A DNA stretch of 46,981 nucleotides. Source: Candidatus Aenigmatarchaeota archaeon (GTDB lineage: Archaea > Aenigmatarchaeota > Aenigmatarchaeia > QMZP01). Positions 15,417 through 22,474 of this stretch are shown piece by piece. The stretch is from contig JAPLVB010000011.1 in NCBI GenBank assembly GCA_026397335.1, forward strand, positions 1 to 46,981, given 5' to 3'. The stretch's first letter is position 1. Every line of letters starts with the position of its first letter. The notes under the pieces are model-generated. The model saw only the letters and a program-made list of their open reading frames with translations. It did not search any database and had not been told where the DNA came from. The position numbers were made by a program, and so were the translations under genes.

Positions 15417-15650
15417 ATGCCAAGCGCATCCGGTGGCTTTCATCCAGGACTTGTCCCGGACCTCCTGAAAATCCTCGGTAACGACTTGGTAATAACTTTC
15501 GGCGGCGGGCTATGGGGACATCCCGGAGGGCCTGAATCAGGCGTAAGAGCAATCAAGCAGGCAGTCGAATCTTCCATGCAGAAAATCCCTCTTGAGGAAT
15601 ACGCGAAAACACACAGGGAGCTGGCTCAAGCTCTCATGCAGTGGAAGTAG
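15417..15650 (+). CDS. rbcL: RuBisCO large subunit, C-terminal 77 codons, same reading frame as 14439-15401
   Basis: SASGGFHPG and FGGGLWGHPGG phosphate-binding motifs. It is separated from the upstream part only by TAA TGA ATC AAA AAA ATC. Confidence 0.8.
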   Translation: MPSASGGFHPGLVPDLLKILGNDLVITFGGGLWGHPGGPESGVRAIKQAVESSMQKIPLEEYAKTHRELAQALMQWK

Positions 15651-15653
15651 CTC

Positions 15654-16562
15654 TCACCCAAAAACCCTCTTTGCCTCCCTCTCGAAAATCTCCCAAGTCC
15701 TGAAATCCAGAGCCTTGGGATTTTTCTTCTTTATAAGAGAAACAGCTTCTTGGTCTATCTCCAACGCACTTTTTCCGGAAAGGTAGCCTATGTCAGGGCA
15801 GACAATCTTTCCTGGATTTGAGAGGCAGTCACAGAACTCTGTTATGTTCTTTAGCACAGTTATGAAAGCTATCCTGCCTCTGAAATGGTCAGTCACCTGT
15901 TTTGCAGCCAGGCAGAAAAGGCGGAAGCTGTCTTCCACAGCATCTGGCTTTAGACGCAGCGCTCCTGTTGGGCAGGCCTCTATGCACTGTCCGCACCCGC
16001 AGCAAATGTTTTCCCTGATTTTGAATCCTTCAGGACCTTTAACCCTGATTATGTGGCAGAAGCATGCTTTTTCACAGGCAAGGCATTCCTTGCATTTGGA
16101 TTTTTCATAAACAGGCATCATTGGCCTGTGAATCTGGTTTTTTGACTCCTTGTTTGCGCAGCCCATTCCCAGATTCTTTACAGCGCCTCCGTAAGCAGTT
16201 ATGCCATGGCCTTTTCCATGACTCAAGACAAGAAGGGAATCAGCCTCAAGAACAGCTTTTGCGATTTTGAATCCACCCTTTATCACATAATCCTCATCCC
16301 TTGCAATTACCACAGGAAAGTCTCCAAAACCGTTTTCTTTGGCCACTTTCATGTACCCTTCAGGCGTCTTTCTAGGCCCGGTATACAGGCATGTGGTGTC
16401 AACAAGGAATGGCTCGCACCCGGACTTCTTGAGCTTGTCAAAAACTATCCTCACATCCTCTGGGGAAACATGGGTCTTGTTTCCCCTCTCTCCCATGTGG
16501 ATTTTTATCACAACCCTTCCTTCAAGCTTTACCGGGATGTCAGAAATCCTTTGGTATAGCAT
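15654..16562 (-). CDS. DUF362-family protein with an inserted 2x[4Fe-4S] ferredoxin domain
   Basis: VIKIHMGE...VDTT...GHG...GCA DUF362 pattern plus CKECLACEKAC and CCGCGQCIEACP. The start is at MLYQRISD (16562). The longer track ORF runs antisense over porG. Confidence 0.7.
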   Translation of the reverse strand: MLYQRISDIPVKLEGRVVIKIHMGERGNKTHVSPEDVRIVFDKLKKSGCEPFLVDTTCLYTGPRKTPEGYMKVAKENGFGDFPVVIARDEDYVIKGGFKIAKAVLEADSLLVLSHGKGHGITAYGGAVKNLGMGCANKESKNQIHRPMMPVYEKSKCKECLACEKACFCHIIRVKGPEGFKIRENICCGCGQCIEACPTGALRLKPDAVEDSFRLFCLAAKQVTDHFRGRIAFITVLKNITEFCDCLSNPGKIVCPDIGYLSGKSALEIDQEAVSLIKKKNPKALDFRTWEIFEREAKRVFG

Positions 16563-16606
16563 AAACCTCACAATATAAGATGGCTCATGCAAATAAATAT
16601 TAGTTT

Positions 16607-16661
16607 GAAGGCGAATGCCTTCTTTCGAACAGTTAGACTGAAGGTGTCTCTTGACACCTTC
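16607..16661. repeat. two tandem GAAGG/CCTTC hairpins (copy D) in a divergent intergenic region
   Basis: GAAGGC-GAAT-GCCTTC (16607-16622) and GAAGGTGTC-TCTT-GACACCTTC (16640-16661). The second is an exact 22-nt copy of 9200-9221. Confidence 0.85.
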
Positions 16662-16682
16662 TATCGGAAATCGGGTGGTATT

Positions 16683-17273
16683 TTGGAACTGTACGAAGTC
16701 AGGATACATGGCCGCGGAGGGGAAGGAGTGCGCATGGCGGCTCACATTCTCGGGAGAGCGGGCTTCCTTTCGGGACTGAAGACACAGGACTTCGCGATAT
16801 ACGGTTCGGAAAGGAGGGGAGCACCTATAGCTTCTTTCTGCAGGCTCTCGAGCGAGAGCATACTCACGCGCGGGTATATATTCAATCCTGATTCTGTAAT
16901 TGTGCTTGATCACACTCTGGATAATGAGACATGCCTGAAAGGATTGAAAGAAGGGGGAAAGATTATAGTCAATTCCGAGAAACCAATTTCCAAATTTCCA
17001 AATGCAATTTTTGTGGACGCGACAAAGGTGGCGCTTGACACAATAGGGAGACCAATACCAAATGTTGCGGTGCTTGGTGCTTTTCTCAAGGTTACAGGAA
17101 TACTTTCGCTTGAAAAACTCAAGCAGGCTGTGAGGGAGGAGATGGCAGGAAGCCACCCTGAAGCGATAGAAGGGAACATCAAGGCATGCGAGCTCTGTTA
17201 CAACATGGTTAACCAAGATTCTTACGCTACGTCCGAAGGACGTATTCTATCTGTTAAACAAGTTTCAAGGTGA
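16683..17273 (+). CDS. porG: 2-oxoacid:ferredoxin oxidoreductase gamma subunit
   Basis: (M)ELYEVRIHGRGGEGVRMAAHILG...YGSERRGAP motif. A TTG start at 16683 is inferred, because upstream ORF sequence covers the hairpin repeats. No alpha, beta or delta subunit is adjacent. Confidence 0.7.
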   Translation: MELYEVRIHGRGGEGVRMAAHILGRAGFLSGLKTQDFAIYGSERRGAPIASFCRLSSESILTRGYIFNPDSVIVLDHTLDNETCLKGLKEGGKIIVNSEKPISKFPNAIFVDATKVALDTIGRPIPNVAVLGAFLKVTGILSLEKLKQAVREEMAGSHPEAIEGNIKACELCYNMVNQDSYATSEGRILSVKQVSR

Positions 17274-17276
17274 ATA

Positions 17277-17594
17277 ATGCTTGGATTCATTTTCGGCTGG
17301 CCGAGGAAGATAAGGAAGCTCAGGAAGAGATGGGACAGGCTGCGCGAGAAGACCCTCAAGAAGAAAGGCCTTGTGAAAAAAACAGCTATGGAGAAGCTGG
17401 ACATGACAGAGCAGAAGCTCAGGACACTGGAAGAGCAGAAAATCACAAGGCTTGACAGGAGCCGCCTAGCCAGGGAGGTTGACCTTGACTTGACAGAAAT
17501 CAAGGCAATGCTCAAGGCTACGCCTGACGAGATTATTCAGGCTTCGCAGGCTCCCTTAAGGCAGCAGCAGAAACAGGCAAGGCCTGTGCAGTAA
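17277..17594 (+). CDS. hypothetical basic coiled-coil protein
   Basis: AGGTGA lies 4 nt upstream of the ATG. 105 aa, K/R-rich N-terminus, no motif recognised. Confidence 0.4.
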   Translation: MLGFIFGWPRKIRKLRKRWDRLREKTLKKKGLVKKTAMEKLDMTEQKLRTLEEQKITRLDRSRLAREVDLDLTEIKAMLKATPDEIIQASQAPLRQQQKQARPVQ

Positions 17595-18353
17595 TTACAG
17601 GTATTTCTTGAACCAATTCACGGTGAGATCTAATAGCGATTTTTTCCGAGTCAGGGTCATGGAAGCCATGCTCGGCACCTTTACTATCTCCAGTTTTTTC
17701 GGCTCTTTCAAAACCTTCAAAAGTTCCAGAGAATTCTTCCACGGAAGTACACTATCCTTATCACCATGGATTACTAATACAGGGCAGGATATTTTTCTGG
17801 CTTCCGATAAAATATCTAACTTTTCAACTTCATCCAGCAATTTTTTACCTATTGTTAAAAATTTATTCCTTTTGTACTTGTAAATTACACAAAATCCCTT
17901 TGTCTTTAAATCTCCCTTCCAGTTTCTATTATGAGAGGATAGATAATTTTCAAAACTAATCACTTTGGAAACTGGATTCCATAGAACCATGGTTTGAATG
18001 CTTTTTGAATAACCTAGTATAGAGACCGCTCCTCCAAAACTTTGTCCCACCAGACCGATTTTCTTATAGCCTTTATTTTTTACGAATTCAATTGCAGAGT
18101 TAAGGTCTTCTATCCCGCTTGAGAATGACATTTCTGAGAATTCACCCTCACTCTCTCCCGAACCTGCAAAATCGAATCTCAAGGCTGAAAATCCGTTTTT
18201 ATTGAGATTTTCAGCTGTTCTGACAAAAATTCCTTGCTCGTCTTTATCTCCACCAAAACCATGTAAAAGTATCACTACTTTGTCGGAATCGGCTTCGTGC
18301 AAGATACCCGCAAGCTTCTGCCCCCTGCCGTTCTGGAAAGAGACTTTTTTCAT
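17595..18353 (-). CDS. alpha/beta-fold hydrolase
   Basis: HGFGG oxyanion motif, GQSFGG nucleophile elbow, and a late D/H (IHGDKD...). Confidence 0.75.
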   Translation of the reverse strand: MKKVSFQNGRGQKLAGILHEADSDKVVILLHGFGGDKDEQGIFVRTAENLNKNGFSALRFDFAGSGESEGEFSEMSFSSGIEDLNSAIEFVKNKGYKKIGLVGQSFGGAVSILGYSKSIQTMVLWNPVSKVISFENYLSSHNRNWKGDLKTKGFCVIYKYKRNKFLTIGKKLLDEVEKLDILSEARKISCPVLVIHGDKDSVLPWKNSLELLKVLKEPKKLEIVKVPSMASMTLTRKKSLLDLTVNWFKKYL

Positions 18354-19279
18354 AAACTATCAATATACTCAGGCCTGATAATAGGCTTCTTGAACAAAGA
18401 AATATCCTCCGCAAGCCTGGGGCACGCACAGTCCACAAGGCATTCCAGCTTGAGGCCGAGAATTTTCTCAGGCGTGAATTCTCCCGCGACAAGAATCCAT
18501 GCGTTCTTTCCCTTGCTCTCCAATTCTTTCTTGGCTTTTTCCGCGAGAGCGAGAGAGCCCTGTCCAGGCTTTGTGGAAACCAGTATCCCAAAATTCTTCG
18601 CTTCCTTTGCTTTCTCCAATTGCGCGGCGCGGATTTTCATGAGCCTGAATTTTTCCTTCTCGAGATTTTCCAGTTTCCCAGTCTCGAAATCCAGGAAAAG
18701 TACAGGATTCTCCACATTAATTGCAACCCCGAGCGGATGGAATTTTCCTGAGCCCAGGAAAAGGAAGCAGTCTGCCTCCTTTTCGCAAGCCTTAGCCGTT
18801 GAGTAATCGCAGCCCAGAATCTGTCCCGGATATTTTGCCACTTTAGGCTTTCCTATGAGAACCTTCTTTCCTTTCGATTCAAGGAATTTTTTGGCAGGCT
18901 CCAGAGAGGAGATGAACTGCAGGGTCGTGAGAAGGCAGATTTTTCCGTAATTCTCAAGCGAGCGGAGATTTTTCTCCAGCAAGGGAACCGGGTCATAGTC
19001 CATCCTATATTCCTCATAAATTACAGGCACTTGGGTCTTTATCATTTCCGAGTGGCCCACATGGATAATAAGGTCGCAGCCGAGCGATTTGGCTTCCCTG
19101 TCCAGGATATCACAAGCACCGTAGCATGTCTCAATCGAGAGGAGAATCTCTGCCCCTGATTTTTCCAGAGTCCGGGCTATCTCCAGGGCCTGCATCTTCA
19201 GACCTTCCGGAAGCTGGAGCAGAACACTTTTGGCTTTTCTCTTCTTGATTTCCTGAGAAAGTTTTCCATAATCGAGCAT
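18350..19279 (-). CDS. dph2: diphthamide synthesis 2-(3-amino-3-carboxypropyl)histidine synthase
   Basis: LLQLPEGLK...ETCYGACD...GCDY...GSGKFHPLG motifs. Has a 4-nt overlap with the downstream hydrolase gene. Confidence 0.85.
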   Translation of the reverse strand: MLDYGKLSQEIKKRKAKSVLLQLPEGLKMQALEIARTLEKSGAEILLSIETCYGACDILDREAKSLGCDLIIHVGHSEMIKTQVPVIYEEYRMDYDPVPLLEKNLRSLENYGKICLLTTLQFISSLEPAKKFLESKGKKVLIGKPKVAKYPGQILGCDYSTAKACEKEADCFLFLGSGKFHPLGVAINVENPVLFLDFETGKLENLEKEKFRLMKIRAAQLEKAKEAKNFGILVSTKPGQGSLALAEKAKKELESKGKNAWILVAGEFTPEKILGLKLECLVDCACPRLAEDISLFKKPIIRPEYIDSL

Positions 19280-19335
19280 ATGGGAAATAGTTGGCAGATG
19301 GGTTTATATTTAAGCTTAACCAAAATATAATGTAA

Positions 19336-19752
19336 ATGAGAAACATCCTTATACCTTGGATGGTTTTTTCTGGAAATTATCAGATTGAACTACCCGAAGA
19401 TGTTTTTTGGATAGAAATTGCTTCAATTCTCCCAAAGGAAGAAATTAGGAACCCCAAGAAAGTAATGAGATGGATGGAGAAATATGACAAAGTGCTTAGT
19501 GAAAAAGGCTTTAAAAATCAGCACTGCGTGGGTGATGGAAAAGTGCGCCTAATCCATCCGGAAAGCCAGAAGGAAATGGAAATAGGATATTTGTGCGGAG
19601 TACCTTTACCTGAAAAAATCGTGGAAACCGTTGACAGGCTAAATTCTTACACTCCTGGAGTTTGTGATTATTGCTATGTGGATACGCGGATAAAAACCCA
19701 GGCAAAAAGATTGGCTGTCGGACTGCCTATATCTTCCCCCGCCTATATTTAA
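19336..19752 (+). CDS. hypothetical protein
   Basis: 138-aa ORF with Cys pairs (CVGDG, CDYC). No family recognised. Confidence 0.4.
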   Translation: MRNILIPWMVFSGNYQIELPEDVFWIEIASILPKEEIRNPKKVMRWMEKYDKVLSEKGFKNQHCVGDGKVRLIHPESQKEMEIGYLCGVPLPEKIVETVDRLNSYTPGVCDYCYVDTRIKTQAKRLAVGLPISSPAYI

Positions 19753-19776
19753 AACCCTCTGTTCTATATTATTCCC

Positions 19777-21078
19777 ATGGAAAAGAGAAGCGATATATCC
19801 GGTTTTCACGAGCTTAGCCCAAAGAAGAGACTAGAACTCGTAAAGAAGTTTGCGGACCTTACAAACGAGGAAGCAAAGCTCTTGGAGAGGACGGGAGCGC
19901 TGGACGGAAAGACAGCAGACATGATGATAGAGAACGTGATAGGCACGACTGAGCTCCCGTTCGGGATAGCCACAAATTTCCTGATTAACGGGAAGGATTA
20001 TCTCATTCCCATGGTTATAGAGGAGCCTTCAGTCGTGGCGGCAGCCTCCTATGCCGCAAAGCTTGCAAGGCCTGCCGGAGGGTTCACAGCCACAAGCACA
20101 GACCCTATAATGATTGGCCAGGTTCAGCTTGTCACTGTCAGGAACCCGGAGAAGGCAGCTAGGGACATAATTACCAAGAAGAAGGAGATAATTGATTATG
20201 CGAACCAGATTGACCCGTGCGTACTTGTGAAGTTTGGCGGGGGACTGAAGGACATAGAAGCGAGAGTTATAGCCACTCCGGCGGGAAAGATGGTTATAAT
20301 CCACCTTCTCGTGGACTGCAGGGATGCCATGGGCGCGAACGCAGTCAACACGCTTGCAGAAACATTGGCTCCTATGTTTGAGGACATTTCCGGAGGAAAG
20401 GCCAGATTGCGCATAATATCAAATCTTGCTGACAAAAGGCTTGCTAGAGCTAAGGCGGTTTGGAGGAAAGATGTGCTTGAGCAGGCTTTCAAAGGCCAGC
20501 TGAAGGGAGAGGACATAGTTAACGGCATAATCGAGGCATGGGCCTTCGCTTTTTCCGACCCGTACAGGGCCACCACACACAACAAGGGAATAATGAACGG
20601 AGTTGACGCGGTTGTGATAGCCACAGGCAATGACTGGAGGGCTGTGGAGGCCGGGGCGCATGCATACGCTTCCATTCGGGGTAGATACGGACCGCTTACA
20701 AAATATTACAAGGACAAAAACGGAGACCTAGTGGGAGAGATTGAGATTCCGGCAGCAATAGGGCTTGTGGGAGGTGTCACGAAAACACATCCAGTCGCAA
20801 AAGTGGCTGTGAAAATACTTGGAGTTAAGTCAGCAAAGGAGCTGTCAGAGGTTATAGCTTCCGTGGGTCTGGCGCAGAATTTTGCAGCTCTCCGTGCGCT
20901 TGCAACAGAGGGAATCCAAAAAGGGCATATGAGGTTGCATGCAAGGAACATTGCAGTTATGGCAGGCGCTCAGAGTAAAGATATAGAAATAGTGGCCGCG
21001 AAAATTGTAGAAGAGAAGAAAATAAGGGTGGACAGGGCCAAGGAGATTCTGGAGGAAATTCAGAGAAACAAAAAATAA
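19777..21078 (+). CDS. hmgA: HMG-CoA reductase, class II type
   Basis: ENVIGT.ELPFGIA, EEPSVVAAAS, DAMGANAVN, and HNKGIMNGVDAVVIATGNDWRAVEAGAHAYA. Confidence 0.9.
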   Translation: MEKRSDISGFHELSPKKRLELVKKFADLTNEEAKLLERTGALDGKTADMMIENVIGTTELPFGIATNFLINGKDYLIPMVIEEPSVVAAASYAAKLARPAGGFTATSTDPIMIGQVQLVTVRNPEKAARDIITKKKEIIDYANQIDPCVLVKFGGGLKDIEARVIATPAGKMVIIHLLVDCRDAMGANAVNTLAETLAPMFEDISGGKARLRIISNLADKRLARAKAVWRKDVLEQAFKGQLKGEDIVNGIIEAWAFAFSDPYRATTHNKGIMNGVDAVVIATGNDWRAVEAGAHAYASIRGRYGPLTKYYKDKNGDLVGEIEIPAAIGLVGGVTKTHPVAKVAVKILGVKSAKELSEVIASVGLAQNFAALRALATEGIQKGHMRLHARNIAVMAGAQSKDIEIVAAKIVEEKKIRVDRAKEILEEIQRNKK

Positions 21079-21082
21079 AGCT

Positions 21083-21274
21083 CTATTTTTTCTTCTTGAT
21101 TTTATGTTCCCCGACTTTGTGCTTGAACATATGCCTCATGCTCATGTAGGGCATGATGTTTTTTCTCATGTCAACTTCCATCTTGTTTCTCAGCCTGCGC
21201 ATGGCAAAACCTATGCCCAGAAATAGTACTGACAGAACCAGCAGGAGAATGTCCATCACACTAACTTCAGCCAT
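21083..21274 (-). CDS. 63-aa single-pass membrane protein with a basic tail (last gene of the coiled-coil operon)
   Basis: The hydrophobic stretch ILLLVLSVLFLGIGFA is followed by a K/R/H/M-rich tail. It lies 1 nt downstream of the preceding gene. Confidence 0.5.
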   Translation of the reverse strand: MAEVSVMDILLLVLSVLFLGIGFAMRRLRNKMEVDMRKNIMPYMSMRHMFKHKVGEHKIKKKK

Positions 21275-21275
21275 A

Positions 21276-22376
21276 TCAAACCAGTTCCTTCTTTGGTTTC
21301 TTGGGAGGTGTGGGCTTCCTGACAGCAGGTTTGGAATCCTCTTTCAGGGTCTTTACAGTTTCTGTGAGGAGCTTTAGGGATTCCATCATGGGCGTCATGC
21401 CGTCGCGCAGCGCCTTTTCCACAGTTTCCATCCGGCTGTGCATGCCCGTCACAGACTCACTGTACATGCGTATCTTATCATCAAGCCTTTCTAGGCTGGG
21501 ATTTTTTACAGTCTGCATTTTCGCCACTTTATCTTCTATGGAAGCCAGCTTTTCAGTTATGCCAGCCACATTCATGTTCATGGAATTCACGGAATCCTTG
21601 AACCCCTTCATGTTCCCTGAAATCAGATCATCCACATCCATGTCATCATCAAGGTCATCCATATCAGGAGCTTTTCTTGTAGACCTCCTGAAAATACTTG
21701 TTGGTGAAGCAATGGGGGCTCCAGGCTCGTAAATAAAAGTTTCCGGGAGACTCCTTTCAAACCTTTCGGGAGCCGGAGCTGGAGGAATGGATTGCTGGGG
21801 TGCAGGAGATTTTGGCTGGAAGGCTGGAAAATCAAATCCATTAGCTCGTTTGGGAGGATCTAGCTTAGGGGGATCAGGAGGACTGTAGTTCTCCATGAAC
21901 CTCTTTGCTGTCTCCATCTTTTCGTAAAGAGACTCTTCCTTTTGCAACTCATTTTCCATTTTCCTGATTGCAAGGTTGATTTTTTCAAGGATAGAATCGA
22001 AGGTCTTTTCGTGCTTGGCTATCATGGTGTTTACCTGGGAAACCACGTCAGCTTTCAGTTTTTTTATTTCTTCATCATTTTCTTCAAGTTTTTCAGGCAT
22101 GCTTTTAGCGAATTCCGAGATTTCTGTTATCCTCTTATCCATCAGCCTGAGCACCTCTTCGCTTCTTTCGCTGGATTTTCTCGCCTCTGTTTCAATCTTC
22201 TGAATCCTTCCATTAAAGTTTTTTATTAAGTTATCCATCTGCTTTAGCTGCTTGGAGTTGGAATCCACAAGCTCCTTTACCTGCTGGGCGATTTCCCTGT
22301 ATCTGCCTTTCCAAAGCTCTTCCTTCCCCTTAAGACTCACAATCCGCTTCTCGATTTTTTTGTAAACTTCAGGCAT
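21276..22376 (-). CDS. 366-aa protein: coiled coil, Pro-rich/acidic linker, second helical domain
   Basis: The N-terminal 170 aa are heptad-like. The linker reads PPDPPKLDPPK...DMDDLDDDMDVDDL. The C-terminus is helical with repeated M/S/K. GGAAGGT..GGGTG lies upstream of the ATG. Confidence 0.6.
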   Translation of the reverse strand: MPEVYKKIEKRIVSLKGKEELWKGRYREIAQQVKELVDSNSKQLKQMDNLIKNFNGRIQKIETEARKSSERSEEVLRLMDKRITEISEFAKSMPEKLEENDEEIKKLKADVVSQVNTMIAKHEKTFDSILEKINLAIRKMENELQKEESLYEKMETAKRFMENYSPPDPPKLDPPKRANGFDFPAFQPKSPAPQQSIPPAPAPERFERSLPETFIYEPGAPIASPTSIFRRSTRKAPDMDDLDDDMDVDDLISGNMKGFKDSVNSMNMNVAGITEKLASIEDKVAKMQTVKNPSLERLDDKIRMYSESVTGMHSRMETVEKALRDGMTPMMESLKLLTETVKTLKEDSKPAVRKPTPPKKPKKELV

Positions 22377-22395
22377 GTTTGCACCCGAACCTTCC

Positions 22396-22474
22396 GATTG
22401 AAGTCGGCTCTAGCCGACTTCCTTCCAAGTGTTCGTTTGAAGGTGGCATGTAGCCACCTTCCTTCCAACAGTTC
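22396..22474. repeat. two tandem 39/40-nt hairpin units (copies E and F) in the intercistronic spacer
   Basis: GATT-GAAGTCGGC-TCTA-GCCGACTTC-CTTCCAAGTGTTC followed by GTTT-GAAGGTGGC-ATGTA-GCCACCTTC-CTTCCAACAGTTC. The stems differ by compensatory TC/GA versus GT/AC. Confidence 0.85.

Noticed and set aside
16563-17216. N-terminal ~218 aa of the 520-aa track ORF 15654-17216
   Set aside because: This part runs antisense across porG and the hairpin repeats and has no family signal. The DUF362 homology begins at MLYQRISD (ATG at 16562).
21808-21833. Possible relic of the hairpin element inside the 366-aa gene (minus-sense GCCTTCCAGCCAAAATCTCC, peptide AFQPKSP)
   Set aside because: Only about 17 nt resemble the right half of copies A and B. 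No complementary arms are present, and the local sequence is a TTCCAGCC direct duplication. This is too weak to call a copy.
22396-22474. Possible mini-CRISPR array (repeated palindromic units)
   Set aside because: There are only two directly abutting units with no spacers. The stems differ by compensatory changes and no cas genes are present. It fits the GAAGG hairpin family instead.
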